In this document: piece after piece, positions 35,870 through 48,660 of the stretch
Position numbering within the stretch: position 1 is the first letter of the stretch
How the letters are laid out: every line of letters begins with the position of its first letter
Position numbers and translations under genes: made by a program
The notes under the pieces: generated by a model
Database searches by the model: none
Seen by the model: only the letters and a program-made list of their open reading frames with translations
What the model was told of the DNA's origin: nothing
From: the human T2T-CHM13v2.0 reference genome, Homo sapiens
Assembly (NCBI RefSeq): GCF_009914755.1
Contig: NC_060932.1
Reading direction: 5' to 3' (one strand)
Length of the DNA: 64,000 nucleotides

Positions 35870-38800
35870 ATAAACTTCTGATTTGGAGATAAATTAGGGT
35901 CCACATGTAATTATAGGAATACAGACAGATACCATATACCACTTACCTATTTTTCCCCATTGGTAATATCTTGCCAAACTGTAGTATAATATTACCATTA
36001 GGGTATTGGCATCGATATGGGCAAGATACAGAACATTTCCATCCTCACACACATTCCTCATGTTGCCCTTTTACAGCCACATCCACTTTCCTTCCAACTC
36101 CACCCCTTCCCTAACCCTGAGCAGTCACTAATCTGTTCTCCATTTCCATAATTTTGTCATTTAGAGAACAATATATAAATGAAATAATACAATAGGCATT
36201 TGTTTAAGATTGGCTTTTTCATTCAGCATAATTCTCTGGAGATTCATCCAGGTTGCTGCATTTATCAATAATCTGTTCCTTTTAATTGTTGAATAGTTTT
36301 CCATGGTATGGATGTACTACAGTTTGTTTAACCATTTGCCTGTTGATGGATACCTGGGTTGTTTCCAGTTTTGGGCTACTAAAAATAAAGATGCTATAAA
36401 CATTTGTGCACGGGTTTTTGAGCAAACATAAGTCTTAATTTCTCTGGGATAAATGCCAGGAGTGCAATTACTGGGTCATACAGTAGTTCCATGCCTAGTT
36501 TGAAAAGAGACTGCCAACTGTTTTCAAGAATAGCTCTACCGTTTTACATTTGCACCTGCAACATATGAGTGTTCTAGTTTCCTGCATCCTCCCTGGCATT
36601 TGTTGATATTTGTGATATATATCTGTAGATGTATAGATCTACCTATACATCTATAGATATAAATCTATCTATCTGATTATTTTTAGCCACTCAGATAGGT
36701 GTGCAGTGATAGCTCACTGTGGCTTTAATTTTCCCAACGACATCTTTTTTGCGTGTGCTTATTTGCCATCTGTATATATACACTTTGGTTCAATGTCTCT
36801 TCATGTCTTTTGCCCATTTTCTCATTGGATTGCTTGCTTTTTACTGTCAAGTTTTGAGTTTATATATTCCAAATGAGTCTTTTATTAGATCTGTGATTTG
36901 CATATGTTTTCTCAGTCTGCAGCTTATCATTTTCATCCTCTTAACAGTTTTTCATAGGCAAAAGTTTAAAATTTTGATTGTTTGATAATGTACAATGTAT
37001 CTATTTTTCCTTTTATGGAGCATGTTTTTGGTGTCAAATCAAAGAACGCTTTGTCTTGGTTTTAGATCCTGAAGATTTTCTTCTATGCTTTTTTCCCCTA
37101 AAAGTTTTATCGTTTTACATTTTACATTTAAATTCATGATCAATTTTGAGTTAATTTTTTTGTATATGGTATGAGACTTAGACTCATACCATATACAAAA
37201 AAAGATTCATTTTTTTTTTTTTGCAATGAATATCCAATTGCTCCAGCACCATTTGTTGAAAAGGCTGTCTTTCCTCCTTTGAATTGGTTTTGCATTTTTG
37301 TCAAAAGTCAGTTGGGAATATTTGTGTGGATCTATTTTTGGGTTTCTATTCTGGTCCATTTATCTATGTCTATTCTTTCACCAATACCACACACTCTTAA
37401 TTATTGTAGGTATATAGTATGTCTTGAAATTAGATAGAATGAATCCTCCCTCCCTTTTCATTCTTCTTTTTCAAAATAGTTTTAGCTCTCCTACTTCCTT
37501 TGCCATTCCATATACTTTTAAGAATAATCTTATCTATGGCTACAAAAAAGTCTTGCTGAAATTTTGATAGGAATTGTGTTAAATCTCTATATCAATTTGA
37601 GTAGAATTGCCATCTTTACTATTTTGAAATCTCCCAATCCATGAATGTGGTATGTCTCTCCACTTCAATTTTCTTTATTTCACCAGCATTTTGTAGTTTT
37701 CAGCATGTAAGTCCTGTACATGTTTTGCTGGATTTACACCTAAAAGTATTTCACTTTTTTGAGTAATTGTATATAATCTTGTATTTTAAAAATTCCAGTG
37801 TCCACGTGTTCATTGCTATTATGTATATGGAAATAAAATTGATTTTGTATGTTTATCTTGTATCCTGTTGAAAAATTTCCCCTCTCTTTCTTTAAGAGTT
37901 TTATCATGGATGTATGTTAAATTTTGTCAAAGGCTTTCTCTGCATCAATTGATAAAATTATATAATTTTTCTTCTTTAGCTTTTAATACAGTGGATTACA
38001 ATGATTAACTTTTGAGTATTAAACTGGGATTGCATCCCTGAAATAAATCTCACTTAGCTATGGTATATAATTATTTTTCTTGATTGCTAAATTCTATCCA
38101 TTAATACTTTATTCAGGATTTCTGTATCTATTTTCAAGAAGGATATTGGTCTGAGTTTCTTTTTCATGTGCTGCCTCTAGTTTTGGTATCAGGCTTCATA
38201 AAAAGAATTGGAAGTGTTCCAACCTCGTCTATTTTCTGAAAAGACTGTGTTGAATTGGTGTTAATTCTTCTTTAAACATTTGGTAGAATTCTCCAGTGAA
38301 AGCTTCTGGGCCTTGAAATTTCCTTTTTGGGGAATTTAAAAATCATAAGTTAATATTTGTAATAGTTATAGGGATATTCAAATTCTCTACTTTCTAATAG
38401 GTAAGTTGTAGTAGTTGGTGTTGTTCAACTAATTGGTTCATTTTGTCTACGTTGTCAAATTTACATGGGTAGAATTATTCCCAGTATTCCCTTATTAACC
38501 TTTTTTATATCTTCAGAGTTTGTAGTGATATTCCATTTCATTTCTGATATTGGTAATTTGCATCTTCTTATTTTCTTTGTCTCTCATGCTAGAGCTTTGT
38601 CAATTTTATCTATCTTTTAAAATAACCAGGCCAGGTGCATGGCTCATGCCTATAATCCCAGCACTTTGGGAGGCTGAGGTGGTAGTTGAGCCTAGGAGTT
38701 TGAGATAAGCTTGGGCAACACAGGGAGACGCTGCCTCTACAAAAAATAATTTAAAAAAATTAGCCTGAATTGGTGGCACACACCTGTGGTCCCAACTACT

Positions 38801-39460
38801 CTGGAGGCTGACGTGAAAGATTTGCATGGGCCTGGGAAATCAAGGCTGCAGTGAGCCATAATCATGCTACTGCACTCCAGTCAGCTTATTGTTTTATTGA
38901 TTTTCTCTAATAACTTTGTTTTCAATTTCATTTATTTTTGCTCTTATTTCTATTATTTCCTTCCTTCTGCATGCTTTGGGTTTATTTTCTATTTTTCTAG
39001 GTCATTGAAGGAAGAGCTTATTGTTTTGAGACTTTTCGTCTTTTCTAACATATACCTTTAGTGCTATACATTTCCCTCTCAGCACTGCTTTAGCTATGCC
39101 CCACACATTTTGATATGTTGTATTTTCACTTTTAACCAGTTCAAGGCATTATCAAAACTTCCCTTGAGATTTTATCTTTGACCCATGGATCATTTAGAAA
39201 TGTGTTTAATTTCCAAGTGTTTGGAGATTTTCCTGTTATTCTTCTGCTATCAATTACTAGTTTGATTTCATTGTGGTTACAGAACACACCTTATGATTTC
39301 AATTATTTTATACTTGTTGAGGTCTATGTTTTGGAAGAGGATATGGTATATTTTAGAATATGTTCTATAGGCACTTGAAAAGAAAGTGTATTCTGCTCTT
39401 GTTGGGTACAGTCTATTAGATCCTGTTGGTTGATAGTGCTGTTGAGTTCCTTTATATCCT
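35870..39460 (-). mobile_element. L1MC-like element (3'UTR and decayed ORF2)
   Basis: L1MC 3' end wording (ttgccaaactgtagtataatattacc..gggtattggcatcgat); antisense ORF2 wording through 39460. Confidence 0.9.
38629..38882 (+). mobile_element. AluJ, 3'-truncated
   Basis: AluJ diagnostics; ends at gcactccag with no tail. Confidence 0.9.
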
Positions 39461-39464
39461 TGAT

Positions 39465-40090
<626 letters not shown>

Positions 40091-40099
40091 TAAAAATAC

Positions 40100-40630
40100 C
40101 AAATTGCTGATATAATAGTAATAATAATTGATTTTATTGTTTATTATATGCCAAACATTCTGTTAAGTCTTTTGCATGCATTATATTATTATTATTATTT
40201 TTTTAAGTTCTGGGATACATGTCCTGAATGTGCAGGTTTGTTACATAGGTTTACATGTGCCACGGTGGTTTGCTGTGCCTATCAACAGATCATCTAGGTT
40301 TTAAGCTGCGCATGCATTAGGTATTTCTTTTAATGCTCTCGCTCCCATTTTCCCCCATCCCCTGACAGGCCCCAGTGTGTGATGTTCCCCTCCCTGTGTC
40401 CATGTGTTCTCATTGTTCAACTCCCACTTATGAGAGAACACATGCGTTGTATTATTTAATCCTCCCAATAAGCCAATGTGTTACATACTATCATTATCCT
40501 CATTTTGCTGAGGCTTAGAAAGGTTAAGTGACTTGACATTAAGATAACACAGACAGTAAGTGGCAGAGCTGACATTACCCTGACATCAGTGTGGGGTTGC
40601 CTGACTTCCAACTGTGTGCACATAACACCT
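40100..40630 (-). mobile_element. MIR interrupted by a short L1
   Basis: tatatgccaaacattctgttaag...tttaatcctcccaataagcc...tgaggcttagaaaggttaagtgacttg. Confidence 0.8.
40191..40440 (-). mobile_element. About 250-bp L1PA8-like 3' fragment with TSD
   Basis: L1PA 3'UTR; TSD catgc(a/g)tt(a/g)tattatt at 40175-40190 and 40441-40456. Confidence 0.93.
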
Positions 40631-40736
40631 ATGCAATCTGAGGCTCTATCAGGATCCTAGAAAGGCTGATAAGTTTTCTTCCAGTTCACATTTGCATAAG
40701 GATGTAAGTGGTTATGGGGAAATCTCATCAAGGAAT

Positions 40737-41150
40737 GGTAGGCAGACTTTAATGTGATCCAACAATTCCTGCTCTTAGTATTTGTGCCCTGCATAATTCC
40801 TTCCTCTTGAGTATGGGCTGGACCAAGTGACTCACTTCTAATGAAGAAAATATGGCAAAAGTGATATGAGGTCACTTCCAAGCCTAAGTTACAAAAGAAC
40901 CGTGGTTTCCATCTGGGGCCTGTTTTCTCTTGCTTTCTCTCTCACCTGCTTTGAGTGAAGCCAGGTGCCACGTTTTCAGCTGGCCTAGGAAGAAGCTTAT
41001 GTGGCAAGGAGTTGATATCTCTGGCCCACAGCCAGTGAGGACTTATGGCTTACCAACAGCCATGTGAGTGAGCTTGGAAGCACATCATCCCCCAGTGAAG
41101 CCACACATCCTCATGCCCAGGGCTCCAGCTGACACCTTGACTGTGACACT
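40737..41150 (+). mobile_element. MLT1F-like MaLR LTR, 3'-truncated
   Basis: tggtaggcagac..; cctcttgagtatgggctggacc.agtgactcacttctaatgaa; gtgagcttggaagc. Confidence 0.8.
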
Positions 41151-41669
41151 GGGGTGAATGACCTCTAGGCCTCCTTTGTTCCATTTCTGGTTGCTTCCAT
41201 GGCTCAGACAGAAAATGGAGTGGTAAAGTGGAGGAGGAAATGGCAGCCATAATCCAGAGGAGTGAAAGAGGTGTGGGGAGGGTAGCAGAGGCACAGGAAT
41301 GGCCTCACTCATCTGCACACATGATGGCCCTGTGCAGGAGGGAGGAGGATGGAGAGGAAAGCCTCTCCTCCCAATGATGTATCGGTGGAAATGGAGCCTA
41401 ATCTCAATTGTTGCTTCTTGCTCTTGTTCCAAAATCAACTGCCCTCAGTTGACAGTCATTGCATATGCCTCTTCCTTTTCCTGAGTACCTGTGGGTACAC
41501 TGTCCTTCTCTTCCTTGGAAATTTAGCCCAGGTTACAGTGCTGCTGTATATGGCTCTACAGATTGTGTACTATAAAAATCCAGATGGAACCATTCATATC
41601 CTATGAGATGATTTGACAAGTCATCATCCAGAAATCTTTCCACATCATTACCACTGAATTCTCATCATT

Positions 41670-41890
41670 TCAGTGCATTAACAAATATTTGAACACCTAT
41701 TAAGTGCCAAGTGTTGTTCTACATGTTGGGATTTAACAGTGAACAAGATGGATAGAGTTTCTCTTGTTGGAGTTGATACAGGAATAAGATGATAACAATA
41801 TAATAGACAAAGTAAATTTAGATGTTGTAAAGAAAAGATTGCGTATGTTGGGGGTGAGGGAAAACTTTAGCTGGAATGCTGGGGAGATAC
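41670..41890 (-). mobile_element. L2 3' fragment
   Basis: cattaacaaatatttgaacacctattaagtgccaagtgttgttcta. Confidence 0.65.
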
Positions 41891-43226
41891 ATTCTCATGT
41901 TCTTCAATAATATACATGACTATATCCTATCAACAACAGATGTTCTGTACTTAACTATTTCTTTTTTTTTAACCTGAAATAGCAGACAATGTGTTGATAT
42001 GTATACATTGGGTATTTGATGCAACATAATAGAGTTAATTTCTTATTAGCTTTTGCATTTGTCCTAGCAGGATGAAATAGTGTTTCAAGAGAATGCAAAT
42101 TACTCAATAAACTGAGTAGGAATGTTTAGAAAATTTTATTACTCAATACTTACAAGATTAAGCATACTTTTGTGGTTTTGGTAGTGGCAGAGATATTTTG
42201 TAAATTTAGTACATTCTTGACATTTGTGAGCTGTGTTTTCTAGGACCTAGGAGAGTTTTCAAAGTTACAAATTCCACTGCAGCACATAATTTCCCCATAA
42301 AACACAGTAAAATATAACCGATATACTTAAATATCCTTTGTGTCTTTAATGGTTTTCTATAAGTACAGGGCTAACAAATTTGTAGAGTTATTTTGTGGCT
42401 AAGACCCTTCATATCCTTCGACTTTCACTTTCATTATCAGTATTAGTGGTTGGTTTTCTTTGATGTTTCCCACCCCTCAACTGCCAAAACTAAAAGTCAA
42501 GGTTAAAAAAAAAAAACCATGAAAGATATTACATTCTTGACAATGAATAGAAAAGTATCAGAACATACGAAAGTGTTGGCACAAAAGGCTGGCCCACTCT
42601 TGGGATAGGGACCCACTCAACACACTAGCTCAGAGGGCTTGTGACTCAAATGAAGCATTAAGAAAATGAGAAATCACCATGAGTCATCAACGATTAGGGT
42701 TACTGAAAAATAACTGAAACTAAGAATGTTAAATCCACAGATGCTAAAGGTCTTCTGGTATCTAAATTACAGACCTATAGCAGGAGGGCACAAGCAATCC
42801 CTTGTTCATCTCTTTATTGTTAGAGCATATGTGAAATGATTTTGAGGAGGAAGTCAAGTGATGTAGAACTTTCTGAGCTGGATATCTTGTAAGAAATTAT
42901 TTTGGAACACCACAGATTGGGTTTTTAGCTGTGCCATATATGCATTGCTAGGTTAGTTCCTAATTTGTCACAAATTTAAAAAGGTTCTGAACTTCAGGTT
43001 CTTTCTCTGTAATGAGAGCTGCCAATTCCCACTTCCAAGGGCACAGGTGAGGATAAGCTGAGCCAGGGTTACAAGAGAACTTCATAAACATGAAAGCAGC
43101 CCATGGAATCAAGGTGTTACTGTTATTCAATCAGGTATCATTGGTTTCAAATTCCCACTTTGTTAAGCAGAATAAAAACACAGGGAAGCACTGACTAGCT
43201 GAAATGGACATTGTGTAAAGGGTTTA

Positions 43227-43364
<138 letters not shown>

Positions 43365-43599
43365 TCAGGCTTTTAGATTCACTGACCAGCATAATTTAAT
43401 AAGGTTTCAGCATAATTCTTCACTGTAGTGTGGTTCATTAGGTAATGCATAAAAAGGACAAAGGGAGTTCCTATCTATCTCGAAAGTCCAGGCTTCTTTA
43501 TGCAGAAACAATATATTTATTGTCCTAATTATAATAAAAGAACTAGAAAGTACAAAAGGAAAAGGAAAATCCCTAAATAGGTTGCTTCTTTATTTTTAA

Positions 43600-43710
43600 A
43601 ATTTTTTAATTTTAATTAATTAATTAATTTTTAAGAGCTGAGTTCTTGCTATGTTGCCAAGGCTGGTCTTGAACTCCTGGTCTCTTGCAATCCTGCTGGC
43701 TCAGCCTGCT
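43600..43710 (-). mobile_element. Alu monomer fragment (FLAM-like)
   Basis: cttgctatgttgccaaggctggtcttgaactcctgg. Confidence 0.8.
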
Positions 43711-43999
43711 TCTTCATTGTAATATAGTATGTGACTGTTAAGTAAAAAGCTAAGTCCTCCCTCATCCCCTTTCTCTTTCCATCCCAAGGAATATTTCTTA
43801 AATAATAGCTATATTTTATAGGTGGATAAAGTCAAATTTTATTATACCACGAAATGAAAACATAAAACAACTTGATTTCTAGAATCAAGTGGTAGATTTT
43901 TCTTTACAATCCTACCATATCAATATTACTTTTAACCTGGTTGCTAACCGAGAAATCAATAGGAGATCCTGACATTATAATTACAGGGGATCTAATTTT

Positions 44000-44443
44000 C
44001 ATTCATTCATTAATTCACTTCACAAATATTTCAGGAAATCCTTTTTAATGTCAGACATCGTGCTCAGTACTGGAGATTCAAACATGAAAATACAAGGAAT
44101 TTATACACTAGTGGAGAGGGCAAACATGTAAGCAATCAATCAACCATTATGATGCGAATATCAATAAGTTACCATGGGAACATAAGAGTGTTATGTTGAA
44201 TTTTCCTAAGTAATAAAATGTGGCTTCTCAGAAGAGGAGCACTTGAGTACTTCAGCAAGACATAAAGCTTGTTTGGCAGACAAGTTGGAGGAAGGCCTCT
44301 CAATCCTGGAAGAGAATCTGAGCGCACCATATTGGAGGAACTGTGCCTGCAGTTTGAGGAAGGAACAGCAGATAAAGCTCAAAGTGGATTCCCTGGATAC
44401 TAAATAAAAGAGATGAGGCTTCCTCCTGTATTCTATGGGGTGC

Positions 44444-44495
<52 letters not shown>

Positions 44496-45280
44496 TGTTT
44501 GCTTGCTCATGTTTGAGGGCTCATATTGGCAGCAGTGTGGAGGATGGATTAGAGCATGAGAGGGTCAAGAATGGGGGCTCGAAGGAAGCTCAGTACTGAG
44601 GCCACTACTGCAATAGTCCAGGGAGAACAGGCACAGAGAGAAGTTAGGGTAATAGCTATGAGGACAAGAGAAGCAACTGGGGCAGATATAAAATATTCAG
44701 AAGAAAAAATGGTCAGCTTTTGGTGGTAATTTAAAGTGAATGGTTAAAGGAGAGGAATTTAGGATGATGTCCATGTTTCTGAATTGGGAGGAGAGGGATG
44801 CCATTCTGAATCTGAGGTGCTTTTCTGAATATCCAGGGAAGAGTGTCAAGCAGGCAATGGTGGGTGAATTTAAGGTTCCAGAGGGTGGACTGCAATGGAT
44901 ACAGAGGTCTGGGATGACTATTGAAATTATGGGCTAGATGTGCCTGTCTAGAGAGTGTCTGTGGTATGAAAGTAAGGCTGAGGATAGATTCTCAGGGATT
45001 ACCTGAACCTAAGGAAAGGATAAGGGGAAAGGAGGCAGTGAGTGAGACCCAGATGGTCAGAGAGACAGGAGGAGAATCAATTAGGAGTGGTTGCTGGCCT
45101 TGGAAAGAAGTTTTAGAAGAGTTGTAGGGGCAAAGGCTGGTGAGTCAAAGTCTGAATGATAGGAGAGGAAGTAGAGATGATGATTAGAGGTAAGTCTTTT
45201 TAGAAGTTTGGCTGAGAAAGAATAGAGAGCTATAGGTCAGTAGACAGAAGAGAATGCAGGGTCAAGGGATGAATGAGAAT
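44000..45280 (-). mobile_element. L2 fragment
   Basis: Starts ttcattcattcatt..caaatattt; purine-rich antisense L2 (gaggccactactgcaatagtccagggaga). Confidence 0.75.
44446..44493. repeat. (TG)24 microsatellite
   Basis: Directly visible. Confidence 0.99.
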
Positions 45281-45293
45281 AATACATAGCTTC

Positions 45294-45671
45294 TGCATTA
45301 GTTAGTTCTCATGTCGCTATAAAGAACTACCTGAAACTGGGTAGTTATAAATAAAAGAGGTTTAATTGGCTCACAGTTCCGTAGGCTGTACAGGAAGCAT
45401 GGCTGGGGAGGCCTCAGGAAACTTAGAGTCATGGCAGAAGGAGGAGAGGAAGGAGGCACAGCTTACATGGTGGAGCAGGAGGAAGAGAGCGAAGGGGGAA
45501 GTGCTACACACTTTTAAACAACCAGATCTCATGAGAACTCACTATCACAAGAACAGCAAGGGGGAAATCTGCCTTCATGATTCAATCACCTCCCACCAGG
45601 TTCCTCCCACAACTTTGGAAATTACAATTTGAAGTGAGATTTGGGTGGGGACACAGACCCAAACCATAGCA
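45294..45671 (-). mobile_element. THE1D/MSTA-like MaLR solo LTR, complete
   Basis: TG...CA termini; perfect 5-bp TSD GCTTC at 45289-45293 and 45672-45676; gagatttgggtggggacacag.ccaaaccata.ca end. Confidence 0.95.
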
Positions 45672-45932
45672 GCTTCTTATACATTTAAATAGTTTTGCAT
45701 TGGTTCACCTCAGGCAGCACCAACTCACAAATACTTCGCATCAATAACTGAAAATGTTGGCAAAAGTATTCTCTGAAATATCCAATGGCAAAAATGAAAT
45801 ATGGTTCAGAAACCTAAGGGAAAGTATTTCTGAGATTATCAGATGATGTTAAATATGAGACTCTATAAAAGATCATTTCATTTCTTTTCCCATAGGTTAA
45901 AGTTGAAAAAGATGGATATTTGGTAAACATTA

Positions 45933-46064
<132 letters not shown>

Positions 46065-46852
46065 CTAAGAGCAAATAAATAAAAACTATGTTAGACTCTC
46101 TCAAAATAATGGAGCTTTTAGAGAACAAAAGGAAACAAAAAGACAACAGTAGTTCTCCGAATTCAAGGAGTGCACATGGAATATAAAATTGAACAAAAAA
46201 CCTACTTCTTATTTTTAATTTTCTTTGGGATACTTAAAATTACATTTAATTTTCTGCCTTTACAGATAGTAGCTTATGTCTTTATATAGTTCTTCCATTA
46301 AAGCATACCTTCTACTACCATATATCATTAATATACGGGTAACAGATTTTTATAAAAAATTGATGTGTTCTAGTTTTTTTGAAAATCAGAATTTATTTCT
46401 ATTTTCCACAAGTATTTAAGAGGTAAAGAAATAAATCAACTTTAGGAAAACTGTCCAAACTACTTGAAAGTGTTTCTTAAAGTCCCATATATTACAATTT
46501 GCCACTGAAAGAAAATGCTAAGAAAAAGGCATTATCTTTTTCCATTTAAAGGTTCTTTTACTGAGCTACATATCAGAGGGCAAACTCTGAATAATTTCTC
46601 CAGTGATAGTGATACATTTGCATTGATCCATTCATATACACTTATCTGTCATCAGGAAAAGATACATTTGAATGAATAAGGTACTTCATTCCTGACTTAA
46701 AAGCCTTATAAGGTGTAAAAAAACAACACAAAAGTGTCCTACCATTTTATGGTATAAAAGGATCAGTGCTGAAAAAATAGCTAAATATATTCAGGAAAGT
46801 ACCCATATATTCTTTTCTTTCTATTCTTATTTAATCTAATGAGCAGGATATA

Positions 46853-46874
46853 TGTGTGTGTGTGTGTGTGTGTG
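46853..46874. repeat. (TG)11 microsatellite
   Basis: Directly visible. Confidence 0.97.
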
Positions 46875-47149
46875 TATACACATACATTATGCATATCTAT
46901 ATTATATTTGTAAAATTTGACTGTTTTCTAGTGCATGTTAACAGTACTTCTGTGTGCAAAGTTATCTAAAACCTTTCTATTGCTTCTAATTTTAAGCTTC
47001 CAAAACATGTTTAGACATGAAATATGTGGAGATAATTTTGAAAGGAGAGTTGTTATCAAGAGAACCAAAAACCGTCTTAAGAATAGAGCAGCATCTCATT
47101 TATTTTATGTCTGGCATTCCTTTGTTCAATTCAGAGGAAGCATGGAAAA

Positions 47150-47570
47150 TGTATGATTCATTCATTTATTCCTCTGTCAACAACTATGTATTTGGAGGTC
47201 ACTGTTTGCCTGCCACTGGAGTTACAGCGGTGAATAAGAAAGAAGTGGCCTGCGCTCATGGAACTTGTAGCTTATTAGAGGTGAAAGGCATTAATCAAAT
47301 ACTCACATAATTACATAATTAAAAACTGTGATAGGTATCACATCCTTGTGCTATGGGGGCATGTAATTCACTAGGTGTTGGTGGAGGAGGGGTTTAATCC
47401 AATCTGGGAGAATAGGAACAGCTACCTTTTTGCTTAAGCTGAGATTTGCAGAACAACAACCTGTCCAGGTGAATAGTAAAGGATGTGACAGTGTGGATGA
47501 GGTGGCTGTCAGTTCTCCAGGTAGGATAAAAAAGCATGCTCAAAGGTGCAGAGATGCCCCAAATGAAGCT
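47150..47570 (-). mobile_element. L2 3' fragment
   Basis: attcattcatttattc..caacaactatgtattt; cagcggtgaataaga..gcctgcgctcatggaactt. Confidence 0.7.
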
Positions 47571-47986
47571 TTGCCTTTGAGAGGTCTCAACTTTGCAGAG
47601 GGTACAAGTAAGGTCCACTTTATTCATCATTTCCTCAAACTCTGGTTAGCTTTATGTTTCTTGGCTTGTTAGTGAAGGCCATTATAGCGATAATTATAGC
47701 AACATTTCCTCACTCTTCCATTGTGCTTCCTATGTCCTATGTAAAAGTGGTATGGGTAAAGCAAATGAAATTAAAATTATTTTGATACTTCTTATATACC
47801 ATCAAAGACTTAATAGAAGAGATAAGGTGCCTGGGCCATGTAAAAGCTACATATATTCTTCACATAGTACCTTCTCTGTCTTTATGCTTCTCCCCTAGAA
47901 GCATAAAACACATAATTTTCTCCCTTAGACCTAAATGATAAAGATGACTCTGTGAAAAACCAGAAAAAGCTCTTTTGATTACATAC

Positions 47987-48101
47987 TTCTTCTAAGGAGT
48001 GATAAACTTCATAATTATATCCAGAGAGGGATCTTCGGTTTCTCTGGGTGTGCAAGCTGCTTCCCTTCTCCAGTGTTTTCTGAAGATCTTCTATGAGGAC
48101 C
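47987..48101 (-). CDS. CPA6: Carboxypeptidase A6 coding exon (exon 4, 115 nt, prodomain end with RNRR proprotein-convertase site and start of the mature enzyme)
   Basis: ccaaattcAG|G GTC CTC...GAA GAA|GTatgt; translates [38 protein letters not shown]. The phase-2 start completes the AA|G codon from the previous exon. Confidence 0.97.
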
Positions 48102-48379
48102 CTGAATTTGGAATGACAGACATGATGAAAAGTAAATTGAGATATTGCAAAAATCAGGCAACACCCAGAAAAAATCATATGCATCTATGTAAAGAAAGAC
48201 TGTGGTGATCAATATTCCTAAAAATACCAAATGTTGGGAAAATGTTATTTTTCAGGAAATGAAAACTGTTAAATAAGTGGTATAATGAATTTAACATGTA
48301 AAATTATAGGCAGATATCCTCAAGTGATAGTAGTAGTAACAATAGCTACTGCTGATTTGCAGCTGCAACAACCGAATGA

Positions 48380-48660
48380 TGACTACGAGCACTTAGATTT
48401 ACTGAGTACTACTTACCTACCAGCAGCCAGGCACTGTGCTGTGTCTTTTATGTACATAATCTTAGCTAATAGCCCTATAGTCTATGTGGTAGATTCTCTT
48501 GTTATTGGTATTTATAAAATGGGGAAACTGAGTCTCAAAAGGGTTAAGAACTCACCAATATCCCTCTACTGGTCAGTGCCAAGCCAGAATTTGAACTTGG
48601 AAGGTGAACCCAAATTCCAATCTTGAGATTCTAAGTCCAGGGTCACTTCATGAAAACTGA
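48380..48660 (-). mobile_element. MIR
   Basis: gccaggcactgtgct...tttataaaatggggaaactgagtctcaaaagggttaag. Confidence 0.8.

Noticed and set aside
47882-48184. 100-aa minus-strand ORF as a stand-alone gene
   Set aside because: Only 47987-48101 is coding (CPA6 exon 4); the rest is open intron flank.
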